Source: Eledone cirrhosa
Taxonomy: Eukaryota
Direction of reading: 5' to 3'
Length of the DNA: 64,000 bases
Assembly: GCA_964016885.1 (NCBI GenBank)
Contig: OZ024743.1
Span: 67,952,001 to 68,016,000, forward strand
Shown here piece by piece: positions 26,083 to 39,347 of this stretch. The stretch's first letter is position 1, and each line of letters starts with the position of its first letter. Position numbers and translations under genes: made by a program. The notes beneath the pieces were generated by a model. That model was not told the DNA's origin. It saw nothing but the letters and a program-made list of their open reading frames with translations, and searched no databases.

Positions 26083-27810
26083 TGAAGAAAAACATAGAAT
26101 ATTCGAGAATATTATGTATGTTTATAATAAACATTTTGAAGATCTAATCGCTATAGAATAGAATACGTCACGTATTACAATTTGAGATTCTCGATAAAAG
26201 CAAGGGAAGTAACCCACGCGTTTCATTCTTATTTGAAATCATCAGGATTACATATCCATGCTTTTATCGAGAATGACACAACTAGAGACTTATAGAATAC
26301 TTAGCTGTGTACAGAAACTGGTTTGAAAGAGCGGTTGCCGGTCCGGCAGAAATTAGAATTTGGATTTAATGCTCTGAAATAGCGATATATATGTGAAGAA
26401 AAACATAGAATATTCGAGAATATTCTGTATGTTTATAATAAACATTTTGAAGACCTAATCGCTATAGAATAGAATACGTCACGTATTACAATTTGAGATT
26501 CTCGATAAAAGCAAGGGAAGTAACCCACGCGTTTCATTCTTATTTGAAATCATCAGGATTACATATACAATGCTTTTATCGAGAATGACACAGCTAGAGA
26601 CTTATAGAGTACTTAGCTGCGTACAGGAACTGGTTTGAAAGAGCGGTTGCCGGTCCGGCAGAAATTAGAATTTGGATTTAATGCTCTGAAATAGCGATAT
26701 ATATGTGAAGAAAAACATAGAATATTCGAGAATATTCTGTATGTTTATAATAAACATTTTGAAGACCTAATCGCTATAGAATAGAATACGTCACGTATTA
26801 CAATTTGAGATTCTCGATAAAAGCAAGGGAAGTAACCCATGCGTTTCATTCTTATTTGAAATCATCAGGATTACATATCCAATGCTTTTATCGAGAATGA
26901 CACAGCTAGAGACTTATAGAATACTTAGCTGTGTACAGGAACTGGTTTGAAAGAGCGGTTGCCGGTCCGGCAGAAATTAGAATTTGGATTTAATGCTCTG
27001 AAATAGCGATATATATGTGAAGAAAAACATAGAATATTCGAGAATATTCTGTATGTTTATAATACGTGACGTATTCTATTCTATAGCGATTAGGTCTTCA
27101 AAATGTTTATTATAAACATACAGAATATTCTCGAATATTCTGTTTTTCTTCACATATATATCGCTATTTCAGAGCATTAAATCCAAATTCTAATTTCTGC
27201 CGGACCGGCAACCGCTCTTTCAAACCAGTTCCTGTACACAGCTAAGTATTCTATAAGTCTCTAGCTGTGTCATTCTCGATAAAAGCATTGGATATGTAAT
27301 CCTGATGATTTCAAATAAGAATGAAACGCGTGGGTTACTTCCCTTGCTTTTATCGAGAATCTCAAATTGTAATACGTGACGTATTCTATTCTATAGCGAT
27401 TAGGTCTTCAAAATGTTTATTATAAACATACAGAATATTCTCGAATATTCTATGTTTTTCTTCACATATATATCGCTATTTCAGAGCATTAAATCCAAAT
27501 TCTAATTTCTGCCGGACCGGCAACCGCTCTTTCAAACCAGTTCCTGTACACAGCTAAGTATTCTATAAGTCTCTAGCTGTGTCATTCTCGATAAAAGCAT
27601 TGGATATGTAATCCTGATGATTTCAAATAAGAATGAAACGCGTGGGTTACTTCCCTTGCTTTTATCGAGAATCTCAAATTGTAATACGTGACGTATTCTA
27701 TTCTATAGCGATTAGGTCTTCAAAATGTTTATTATAAACATACAGAATATTCTCGAATATTCTATGTTTTTCTTCACATATATATCGCTATTTCAGAGCA
27801 TTAAATCCAA
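26083..27810. repeat. Tandem array of 312-bp HHR-containing monomers with an internal inversion (retrozyme-like)
   Basis: Units start at 26083, 26394, 26706 and 27018. Orientation flips at about 27063, followed by about 2.4 reverse units. Flanked by (TA)n. Confidence 0.92.
27272..27360 (+). ncRNA. Type I hammerhead motif with extended stem I (other cores: 27608-27650 +; 26209-26251, 26520-26562, 26832-26874 -)
   Basis: attctcgataaaagca-(loop)-gtaatc-CTGATGA-t ttc aaataa gaa t-GAAA-cgcg-TG-ggttac-(loop)-tgcttttatcgagaat. Confidence 0.75.
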
Positions 27811-28146
27811 ATATATATATAAGTATAAGTACTCACACACGAAAACACGTCATCGAATGCAAACGTAGTTGCACGAGGAAAATTAAACAGATAGATAAAT
27901 AAATAAATAAATAAACAATTAGATAGATAGATTTCTTTATTTACCATAAAGGCATAAAAAGAAGGGACAAATACAAAGGGGGAGTTTACATATAATCGAG
28001 TAAAAAGGGTGTAACATGAAAATAATCGAAAATAACCTCAAAAGGGAGGGGACGCGATAGGGGTTGCACACACCCCCGAAAAAGTGTGCAATCCTTTGCC
28101 CGGGGAGCACATGGAGAAGGTGCTCCCCTCTCCTTTACTTCTTTAC

Positions 28147-31100
28147 CTACAGGATGGTATACAGAGAAGGCCCATTTACACGAGCCAATCTCGCCACTAT
28201 CACCCACCTTTCATAAAACTGCCTGTGGCCAAGCACCTCTCTCTCCATTCTTATCCTTCTTCCAAAGTGATATCGGAAGAAGTACACCAGACTATGGCCA
28301 GAGAGGAAGTTGCCTGACCTCAGACCTTTCAATCGTGTCCACCAAACAACCTCTTTCAACATGGCTATTACGCACAGAAAAACCGCCTTTGCTTCCTTTG
28401 TGAAGAGGGGAGGCGGTTTGATTGTCATCACGGACCCGGCGGTCAATTTAATCGGCGCCACCCGCGACAGCAGTCGTTCGGCGTAGCCCCACAGATCAGC
28501 CACGCCCGGACATTGCACCAATGCGTGCGCAACGGTTTCTTCGTGACGCACGCATCTAGGGCAAATCTTTTTTGAGGGATCCCTGCCCGGGCGCCCGTGT
28601 CTGTAGAGCCTCTCTCGAACGGGTAGAGCCCCCCGGTAGCAGTGCCAGGCCAGTGACTTCTGGAAGTTGTCCATTGGTCCTGGGTCGAAAGTCCTACCGA
28701 ACAGGCTGGCCAGTTCGTCTTCTTCCATGTCCAGCGACTCTCCAAGGGTGTCATCGCCCCTGCTAGCCACCAGCCCTCTATAGAATGATGAGGTGGATTC
28801 TCCACCGATGGCCTGTCCCGCTTGCCAGAGAGCCCTGAGCGCCTGAGCACACTCAGTGTGCCAGTCTCCTAGTTTTCCGGATCTTTGCTTGACCCAGGAC
28901 TGTAGCTCGGTGAGCGAGACGAGTCTCGGAAAGGCTCGTTTCACGAACGGAGCCCACACCGGTTGACCAGTGAGGAATACCTGTAGGTGCCGTAGCCTTA
29001 ATGCGTGCCTACGCATCATCAACCACGGCATCCCCAGCCCTCCTTTCGAAGGTTGTTGGCAGCAGATGGATCTTCTCACCATAGGAGGACACTTCTTCCA
29101 AAGAAATTGGAAGAGCATGCGTTCCATGGTGGTGAGTGTTTCCTTAGGGCAAGGCACGACAGTCAGGCGGTAGTAAGTGACGGACGCTATGTAAATGTTC
29201 GCCACCTCCGCCCGGCCTTTTATGGACAGCTTACACTTGGCCCATTTCTGGGTTAGTGCAAACACCTTGTTCGTAACCTCGTTCCAGTTCTTTTCCACCT
29301 GGAGGTCCGGTCCAAACCAGACCCCAAGCAACTTTACCGGGCCCTCCGTCCAGTGTCCGACGACACCGTCAGGAGGCATCGGTCTGCCTCTCCACGTTCC
29401 GAGTTGCAGCCCGATGGATGTTTCCCGGTTCAGTTTCGCTCCTGACAACCTTTCGTACTCCTCCAGTAAGGTACCGATCGCCTCGATCTCCGAGTCAGAT
29501 GATACCATTACTGTTACGTCATCGGCGTAGGCCGACACCGCTTTGCTCAATCCTGGTTCCAGGGGGATACCCTGCAACAACTCCAACTTCCTCAGTAAAG
29601 GCTCGAGAGTCAATACGTACAGAAGGGAGGAGAGAGGGCACCCCTGTCGAATGGATCCTGTGATTTCGAACGGCTTCGAAAGGTAGCCGTTCACCTTGAT
29701 CCTAGAACAGATGTGGTTGCTATGTAGGGCAGTGATCCAGCCTCTGAAAACAGGACCGAACCCAGCCGCCGCTAGCACCGCATCCAGGTAACCATGGTCG
29801 ACCCTATCGAAGGCCTTAGACTGATCCAAGTTGATCAGGGCCCCACCGAAGCCGGGTTTGTTGCCAACCCTCTCTATGATGTATCGCATGAGGTGGAGGT
29901 TATCGTGAATGGACCTGGATGGGATAGCACATGTCTGCGCATCTCCCACCAGGCCACCCACGACAAGCGCCAACCTCTTTGCTAACACCTTGGCCAAAAT
30001 CTTTAACTCTGTGTTTAGCAGGGTTATGGGCCGAAAATTATTTATACTATCCCCCTTGTTCTCGTCCTTCCTCACCAGCGTGACTACGCCCTTGGCTACA
30101 GAACAAGGAATTCTCCCGTTCTGCTGCCAATTGCAGTAGACCGCTTCGAGGAGTTCGGAGAAGAAGACCGGCATTGCTAAATAAAGTTCGTAAGGTATAC
30201 CATCGAGACCTGGAGATTTGCGTCTGCTGCATTGGCTCAGCGCATCTCCGATCTCATCAGCCGAGATTGGTCCCTCGCAGGACTCTGCCTCTTCGTTCGA
30301 GAGACGCGGCAGGCCGTCGAGGTATGGACCGAAATCCACGCCCCCGCCCGGACCCTCGCCTCCCCCGAACAATCGGGCAAAGTGCCTTTGAAAGGCCTCG
30401 CACATCTGCTTAGGCTCCCGGATCACCCGTCCATCTTCGTCTTGCAACGACCGGATGGTGGATCGATTTCCACTCTTAGCTTCTGTCACGCGGGCCCATC
30501 CAACGGCTTTGGCCCCCTCATTACCTAGAGCACGTATTTTACTTCGAATGACGCAGCCTTCGTGCTTTGCATCGAAAAACTGGTTCAAGGCCGTCCTCGA
30601 TGCCAGCACTCTGGCCACATCTTCGCTCTTGATTGCCTCTTCTAATTTACCTGTTAATTCTTTCTCGTTTCTATTCCTATCGGCAGCTAACATCTTGCTA
30701 TAACTTAATGATTCTGTTCTAATCTCTCTTTTGAGAGATGCCCACCATCGGTTGTTGACGATTGCACCCGTCAACCTCTCCTTAACTAATCTGCTAATCC
30801 GGTTTCTGTAAGTCTCTTTTGCCGGTAAAGACAAATTAAGTTTCCAGTAACCGGGACCCTGTCTATGTGTTTTCTCGAGATTGACCACGCAGGTCACTAA
30901 TTTGTGATCCGTGTAGCCAACCGTGCGCATTTCTGGACAGCTTAATATGTCCCTATCCTTACTTCTAACTAAGAATCTATCTAAGTACGATCTAGATTGA
31001 CCACTGTGGTTTCTCCAAGTCCAGGTAGGCACAGTTGGAAAATCTAGTCGATATCTATCGACCAATTTAAAACGGTCGAGTAACCCCTTGAGGCTGTTAC

Positions 31101-31584
31101 ACGCCCCTCTATTAGGACATGCTCCTGCATAGTCCCAACGTGCATCCAGGATCTCATTCCAATCCCCCGCTAGAAGCAGGGAACGCGACGTTCCCAGAAA
31201 AGTCTCCAAACGCTGGAAGAAGTCGGGCCGTTCACCTCCGAAAGGGGAGTAGACGGCGACCAGTCTCAAGGCCGCACTTTCACTACTGCCAACGTCTAGC
31301 ACCAACAAACGACCCTCCGGGTCCGAGTGCACAACCTGTACGGCAAGACCCAGGTGTTTTTGCAGCAGTACGACAACCCCACCCCCACCTCCAGGTTGAC
31401 AGAGAGATGCATGCACCTCAAAGTCATCGAAGGTGGGGGCCAGCTGCCGCACGACGCTGATTCGAGTCTCACAGATAACCATTACATTTATACTACATGA
31501 CCTGAGGTCATTTAGAAGCTTTGCTTGCTTCCAAGTTGAGCCCAGGCCACGTGCATTCAAACATCCTACTCTTAACACATCCAT
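28147..31584 (-). CDS. LINE ORF2: APE endonuclease, reverse transcriptase, C-terminal zinc finger (1145 aa)
   Basis: Motifs GCLNARGL, ICET, AGDWN, SYLDRF, TDH, WKLN, SPGLDG, FRPITLLN, LDQSKAFDRVDH, RQGCPLS, AYADD and CPRC..ETVAHALVQC. Confidence 0.96.
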   Translation of the reverse strand: MDVLRVGCLNARGLGSTWKQAKLLNDLRSCSINVMVICETRISVVRQLAPTFDDFEVHASLCQPGGGGGVVVLLQKHLGLAVQVVHSDPEGRLLVLDVGSSESAALRLVAVYSPFGGERPDFFQRLETFLGTSRSLLLAGDWNEILDARWDYAGACPNRGACNSLKGLLDRFKLVDRYRLDFPTVPTWTWRNHSGQSRSYLDRFLVRSKDRDILSCPEMRTVGYTDHKLVTCVVNLEKTHRQGPGYWKLNLSLPAKETYRNRISRLVKERLTGAIVNNRWWASLKREIRTESLSYSKMLAADRNRNEKELTGKLEEAIKSEDVARVLASRTALNQFFDAKHEGCVIRSKIRALGNEGAKAVGWARVTEAKSGNRSTIRSLQDEDGRVIREPKQMCEAFQRHFARLFGGGEGPGGGVDFGPYLDGLPRLSNEEAESCEGPISADEIGDALSQCSRRKSPGLDGIPYELYLAMPVFFSELLEAVYCNWQQNGRIPCSVAKGVVTLVRKDENKGDSINNFRPITLLNTELKILAKVLAKRLALVVGGLVGDAQTCAIPSRSIHDNLHLMRYIIERVGNKPGFGGALINLDQSKAFDRVDHGYLDAVLAAAGFGPVFRGWITALHSNHICSRIKVNGYLSKPFEITGSIRQGCPLSSLLYVLTLEPLLRKLELLQGIPLEPGLSKAVSAYADDVTVMVSSDSEIEAIGTLLEEYERLSGAKLNRETSIGLQLGTWRGRPMPPDGVVGHWTEGPVKLLGVWFGPDLQVEKNWNEVTNKVFALTQKWAKCKLSIKGRAEVANIYIASVTYYRLTVVPCPKETLTTMERMLFQFLWKKCPPMVRRSICCQQPSKGGLGMPWLMMRRHALRLRHLQVFLTGQPVWAPFVKRAFPRLVSLTELQSWVKQRSGKLGDWHTECAQALRALWQAGQAIGGESTSSFYRGLVASRGDDTLGESLDMEEDELASLFGRTFDPGPMDNFQKSLAWHCYRGALPVRERLYRHGRPGRDPSKKICPRCVRHEETVAHALVQCPGVADLWGYAERLLSRVAPIKLTAGSVMTIKPPPLFTKEAKAVFLCVIAMLKEVVWWTRLKGLRSGNFLSGHSLVYFFRYHFGRRIRMEREVLGHRQFYERWVIVARLARVNGPSLYTIL

Positions 31585-31617
31585 GTGGGCGGCAGAGCCA
31601 AAGGAGAGTATAGAGAC

Positions 31618-33522
31618 CTACCTTTCCGCTTCCCGGGGTTCGGGTTGCACGACTTCCATGGGGTCGGGGGTGTTGGGTGAAGGGGTGTCTTGTGGTGGTG
31701 TGGGGTCGTCAGTGTGTGGTGGGGTTGGGGTGTTTGGAGTTGTGTTGGGGAGGGGAAGGGGAGGGGGAAAGCTTTTTAGTAGGACGCGGTTTATGGGTTT
31801 GACAGAGGGTGGTCCTACGTCCTCCTTAAAATACTTTTTTAGTTTTTGGTAGAGGTTCATTGGGATCTTTATTAGTTTTAAATGTGGGTAGTTTTCTGAC
31901 GAAACAAAGTTTACACCTTCGGTTTGTACCGAAGGATTATTGTATATGAGCTCATTTAATTCATTATTGTTTCTGTTGATGTAAGTATAGTGTAATGTCT
32001 TTTTTTCCGATGGTGTGAGTGTTTCGAAGAGGGGAGGGGCAGGTTTGGTTTTGTTTGTTGCTGGAGGGGTGTTTTCTGTTTTGTTGGATTGTGTTGAGAT
32101 TTGGGTGGGGGTTGTTTGTCCTTGTGTGTTTTGCACATGTTTTCTTTTTTTCCTTTTAATCTGTCTGAAGGACTCCGTTTCTTCCTCCGAATTCGTTGGG
32201 TTATCTTCAGTGTTGGAGGGAAGAGGTATGTTTGCTGGTAATGTTTCCGTGTTGGTTTTCTTTGTGGGGGAGATGGATGTCACTATGTTAGACTGTGTTG
32301 TGTGTTGTGTCTGCGGTGGTTGTGTTGTTTTATTGAGTGAGAGGTTGGGTGGGCCTGTATTTTGTTTTGGGGTAATGTGTTGTGACTGTTTGTGTTGTGG
32401 TGGTGTTGTGGTTTTACTGAGGGACGGGTTGGGTGGGACTGAGTTTTGTTGTTTGTTTATCTGTTGTGGTGGTGGTGGTGGTGGAGCTGGTGTTGGTAGC
32501 AGGGTTTTCTTTTTGTTGAGTTGGGGACAAGCGGCCTTCAGATGCCCTCTGCCTGCACAGATATGGCAGGACGGCCTTCTCCCCTCCACGCTAATGTTTA
32601 TATACCCGTGGTCCTCTAATAGGATTCTGTCGGGTATTTGGGCGATGCGTTCAGGCTTCATTTGTACTACCAGCTCTATACCTGTCCCACTGAACGCATT
32701 GCCTGTGGTTTTCCCAATGGAAATCACGTTGTCATTCACTGGATCGATGAAGCCAGCTATGAGCCAGCAGTAGTCCACATCTGGCATCATTGCATCCAGC
32801 CATATGCGTTGAGTTCTTTTCCCCATATAAGATGGATAAAAGGTGAAATTTTTCGAACGAATCGGTGACAAAGCACATTTTTTTGCCGCCGATTCGTTCT
32901 TCATGATAATTGCTAGGCTTCCATACAGTCTGTCTTTTCTTATGAAAGTGGTTTCATTAAGTACTTCTGTGAGTACTGTTTTGATATCTGCTTGAGAAGG
33001 CTGTTCAGGTTTTTTTATACTGTTGTTGATGGTCCGAAACTTGACCGTTCGGCTTTCAATGTCTTTCGTGAATTCTTGAGGCATTTTTACCGATAAAATA
33101 CCATTCTCTCCTTCACTTATGTATTGTTTGGCGTCCGTGATCCTTCGTACCACATCTGAAATGTTTTCCGCTATATAAGTCAAAGATTTCTTTGTTTTCT
33201 GTGCAAATGAAATTTTGTCGTCTGCTTTGTTTTCTGATATGGTGTTATTTTCAAATGTTATTTTTGTGTTTGTTGTGTCTTTGTTTGTGTTATTAATATT
33301 GTCATGCAATTTTTCAAATTTTTTTTTTTCGTTGTTGGAATCCAAGTCCAGATTTGTGTTTTCGTCATTTTTTTTTTTCTCCGCAGATTCGTCTGTTTTT
33401 ATTTTAATTTTTCCTTCCTTCTCTATGACGTTAGTTGGGAAGGAAGGGGGGACTAAAGCGTGCGAGCTTACAACTCTTACCGCTGTCCCCCCACCACTAT
33501 TTTCGTTCGCTGCGTTTAACAT
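31618..33522 (-). CDS. LINE ORF1: gag-like nucleic-acid-binding protein with CCHC knuckle (634 aa)
   Basis: CHICAGRGHLKAAC (CX2CX4HX4C) and a Pro/Thr-rich C-terminal half. Sits 33 nt upstream of ORF2. Confidence 0.9.
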   Translation of the reverse strand: MLNAANENSGGGTAVRVVSSHALVPPSFPTNVIEKEGKIKIKTDESAEKKKNDENTNLDLDSNNEKKKFEKLHDNINNTNKDTTNTKITFENNTISENKADDKISFAQKTKKSLTYIAENISDVVRRITDAKQYISEGENGILSVKMPQEFTKDIESRTVKFRTINNSIKKPEQPSQADIKTVLTEVLNETTFIRKDRLYGSLAIIMKNESAAKKCALSPIRSKNFTFYPSYMGKRTQRIWLDAMMPDVDYCWLIAGFIDPVNDNVISIGKTTGNAFSGTGIELVVQMKPERIAQIPDRILLEDHGYINISVEGRRPSCHICAGRGHLKAACPQLNKKKTLLPTPAPPPPPPQQINKQQNSVPPNPSLSKTTTPPQHKQSQHITPKQNTGPPNLSLNKTTQPPQTQHTTQSNIVTSISPTKKTNTETLPANIPLPSNTEDNPTNSEEETESFRQIKRKKRKHVQNTQGQTTPTQISTQSNKTENTPPATNKTKPAPPLFETLTPSEKKTLHYTYINRNNNELNELIYNNPSVQTEGVNFVSSENYPHLKLIKIPMNLYQKLKKYFKEDVGPPSVKPINRVLLKSFPPPLPLPNTTPNTPTPPHTDDPTPPQDTPSPNTPDPMEVVQPEPREAER

Positions 33523-33763
33523 TTCTGTTAGACGATTGAAAATTTTTTACACAAAATTTTTTAAAACAGGTTTTTCACCTCTAGGAGGGGTAAAGATGAG
33601 CTGACCCACCGCCTGACAGTTCAGACGGAGGGTCAAGCTACACAATTGTATCAAAATTAAGTTTGAACTCACAAAATTTCCTCAATAAATTTGAACAAAA
33701 CTTCTGTGCGAAGTGAATGACATCCACACTGTAGAACAGACGACAGCTAGATTAATAAACAAT

Positions 33764-33764
<1 letters not shown>

Positions 33765-33847
<83 letters not shown>
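33765..33847. repeat. (AGAT)n microsatellite at the LINE insertion site
   Basis: Directly visible. Confidence 0.95.
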
Positions 33848-34972
33848 AGGAATTTTTGATTGATAGAATAAGTAGATGGATGGATACATATGCTGAAATA
33901 CATGCATTACCTATCTTGTTAATAATAAAATACTGTCAAAATTCTATTGAAAGAACCTTGTTGCTGGGATGGAATCGGTTTTTCTTTATATTAGAGGGAA
34001 TATAGAAAACAGAAAAAATAAATAATATAATAAATCATACGTATATACATACATACGTTTGACAAGTATGTATGCATAAATTCATGCACACATATGTTCA
34101 AGAATTCTCGCACATTTAAAATAGAAAATATACATACCTGCATAAATGTATACACGTATACATACATGCAAACATGCGTGCAAACATACATAAACTCATG
34201 CATGTATACATACCTACATATATGTTTACTAGCTTCCATGTGTATCTCCATCTATCCCCCCCCCTCTCTCTCTTTCTCTCTCTCTCTATATATATATATA
34301 TTCATTTAATTTATTAATTTATTAATTTATTATTTGAGTGACCCGAATTTTCCTGGTCGTTTTTTTCGGCCGTGCGAATGATCTAGGCATCGTCTCTATG
34401 TGTTGGTATTTTAACGATAGTTATAGCTCTGGTTCATACAAACTATTGAGCCCTCTGCCACACATGTCGAAGATTGTTTATCGTTATTTCGTGGGCCGAG
34501 ATTCTGATTCTCGATTATTTACTTATATATATCAGTTGGTGAGTCTGTGTAACTGTCTGTCTGTCTGAGTGTGAGTCTGTGTATGTGTGAGTGTATGCCT
34601 GTGTGTATGTCTATCTGTCTACCTGTGAGTCTATATGTGTACAAAGCGAACGTTATAATAAATGTTCGCTAAACTGATACGTACATATATATATATGTGT
34701 GCCTGTATGTATATATATATATATATATATATGCATGCTACTGTACGTCTGTATACATATATGTATGTACGTATACATACATACGTACATTTAAGTAAGT
34801 GCCTTACTAAGAGTGAGAAATGAAATTTCGTTTCATTTATCGTTCCATTTATCGTTTTCGGTGCGCCTGGCCGACTGAACTCACTCGATATGCAAATTAG
34901 GCTGCTCAGCCGTTAATTTTCATAAGGAAAGTGTATACTTTCGAACGTTCAACCATCTGGCAGAAGGATATA

Positions 34973-35018
34973 CGGTGCTGACGATAGCTAACAAGCTTGA
35001 AACTAAACTAGTACATCG
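34973..35018 (+). ncRNA. Type I hammerhead ribozyme
   Basis: cggtg-CTGACGA-t agc taacaa gct t-GAAA-ctaaactag-TA-catcg. Confidence 0.8.
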
Positions 35019-35168
35019 TTCCTGAGGCAGTGTTGAACAAAAAGGTGACATGGTTGCCTTAACACAGTACGGCATAAATCAGGCTTTCCGTTTTTTTATA
35101 AACGAACAAAGCGAACATTAGAATAAATGTTCGCTAAACTGATACGTACATATATATATGTGTGCCTG

Positions 35169-35238
<70 letters not shown>

Positions 35239-35473
35239 TGCTACTGTACGTCTGTATACATATATGTATGTACGTATACATACATACTTACATTTAAGTA
35301 AGTGCCGTACTAAGAGTGAGAAATGAAATTTCGTTTCATTCTATTCCATTTATCGTTTTCGGTGCGCCTGGCCGACTGAACTCACTCGATATGCAAATTT
35401 GGCTGCTCAGCCGTTCATTTTCATAAGGAAAGTATATACTTTCGAACGTTCAATCATCTGGCAGAAGGGTATA

Positions 35474-35514
35474 CGGTGCTGACGAAAGCTAACAAGCTTG
35501 AAACTAGTACATCG
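35474..35514 (+). ncRNA. Minimal type I hammerhead ribozyme
   Basis: cggtg-CTGACGA-aagc taacaa gctt-GAAA-ctag (palindrome)-TA-catcg, with a GUA site. Confidence 0.85.
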
Positions 35515-35741
35515 TTCCTGTGTAAGTGTTGAACAAAAAGGTGACGTAGTTGCCTTTACACCGTACGGCATAATTCAGGCTGTCCGTTTGTTTACAAACG
35601 AACAAAGCGAACATTATAATAAATGTTCGCTAAACTGATACGTACATATATATATATGTGTGCCTGTATGTATATATATATATATGCATGCTACTCTACG
35701 TCTGTATACATATATGTATGTACGTATACATACATACTTAC

Positions 35742-35822
<81 letters not shown>

Positions 35823-36010
35823 GAGAAGAAAGAAGAATACTGCGTGGTTGCACATGGGTTACATATGATTTTCCAACCATCATTGGTATTTCTTCACATT
35901 AAAAATCATATACCTCAGGTTGGTGCGAGCAATAACTAAAAAAAAGTTATTGGGACCAGTAAATCGCGTAATGCTAAGGGGACAAGTAAACAACATAGAA
36001 GGATAAATAA

Positions 36011-37794
<1,784 letters not shown>

Positions 37795-37797
<3 letters not shown>

Positions 37798-38318
37798 TAA
37801 ACGGAAAAGAAAATGCTGACAAATTGCTCCCAGTGAAAAATAGTTTAATTAGGAATAAGCAAAAATTATTAATAGTATTGATTAGTATTCAGTTTGGGTT
37901 TTAAGTTTTACCAGTTGCGCATTTCTAATGCTTTTCAAAAATAATTTTGAGATAGAGCGCCCGTGATGTTTACTCTAATTTGATTAGTTTCGGAAATTCT
38001 ACCTGTTTTAAGTGAAAAAAGTGGCTCCAGATGTATTAAAATAAGTTTCGCGCCAATTCGTGTTGCAAAATTTCTCGTGGTCAAAACAATTTTGATTGGT
38101 CGGTAGAGGTCATGTGATTGTTAAAAATTGATTTTGCGCCAAATGTAGGTTTGTGTCGGATGATTGAGAAGTCACTGAAAAATAAGTCTTTCAAAACAAA
38201 TATGTGTGTGTGTGTGTGTAGTAGTAGTAGTAAAGGGGTTCGTTTTTGTGATAATGGTCAGCAGGGATGTGTGTGCGAACCGCAGCCTGTTGACAGTTCA
38301 AATGCCTATTAAGACAAG

Positions 38319-38367
<49 letters not shown>

Positions 38368-39094
38368 TCTTTGTATATTAATGTACGCGTGTGTATGTGT
38401 GTGTGTGTGTGTATATGTATGTGTGATAATGTGTGTGTGTGTGGGTGGAGCAGTATTTTTGTGATACTGGTAAAAATGGTGTACATTATTCGATATTTTC
38501 AGTAAAAACGATTCTCTCAATAGAACATCAAAAACCTTAATAATAAAAGGTGTGAAATGATATATAATATTGGCATAATACCAAGGTGTGTGTGAGTGTC
38601 CAGATTGTACGTACTGCAAGGGGAATCCATTAGGCCTTGCCGTATTGGAATACTTGTGTACAAATATGTATGTGCCCATCAGTGTGCAATGCATGTGTGC
38701 GTCTATGTATGTGTGTGTGTCGGCACATTTATATCTATAGACATCAAAAGGTATGCAAATTTGTGTATATTTGTGTTGCACAATAGAACATGTGTGTTTA
38801 CGTATGTCATTGTGTTTATATATGGATATAGGTGTATGTAGGATGTATGCTGATGTAGGTATGCATGTTGACGTGTGTATGTTGTGGGTTCGTCTTAGGG
38901 AGAAGTGTTTAGACGGGGTCCGTATTTGTTAATAAAGTAAGATTCTTTGCTGATGCGTTGGGTGTGGGTGGCATTATCTTTAAATTTGTAGAGGGGAAAG
39001 ATTCTGAAGTTGGGATGATTTTGGGCGGCACAGGTATGAATGTGTTCACTCAGTGGTATTTTCCTGTATTCCCGTATTTTAATTTGGGATCTAT

Positions 39095-39097
<3 letters not shown>
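37795..39097 (-). mobile_element. Shorter copy of the Neptune-like PLE 3' end
   Basis: [26 protein letters not shown] is nearly identical to 19399-19600 and is truncated at (TA)n. Confidence 0.88.
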
Positions 39098-39137
<40 letters not shown>

Positions 39138-39190
39138 TGAGTGTTTATGTGTGTATATATATATATATATATAAGTTTCACACACAGACA

Positions 39191-39288
<98 letters not shown>

Positions 39289-39306
39289 CACACACACAAA
39301 CACTCA

Positions 39307-39344
<38 letters not shown>

Positions 39345-39347
<3 letters not shown>

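Larger units (their letters stand above)
27933..33753 (-). mobile_element. Full-length Tx1/L1-clade LINE with 23-bp TSD
   Basis: Two uninterrupted ORFs and AATAAA near the 3' end. Direct repeat aataaacaattagatagatagat at 27910-27932 and 33754-33776. Confidence 0.95.
34641..35745 (+). repeat. Tandem array (about 2.3 units of 465-496 bp) of HHR-containing monomers (retrozyme-like)
   Basis: Units start with acaaagcgaac at 34641, 35106 and 35602. The length difference comes mainly from an internal (TA)n. Confidence 0.9.

Noticed and set aside
26083-27810. Array as a CRISPR locus
   Set aside because: Whole units are near-identical with no unique spacers, there are no cas genes, and the context is eukaryotic.
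32015-32773. 252-aa antisense ORF within LINE ORF1
   Set aside because: Shadow of the low-complexity, C/A-rich ORF1 strand.
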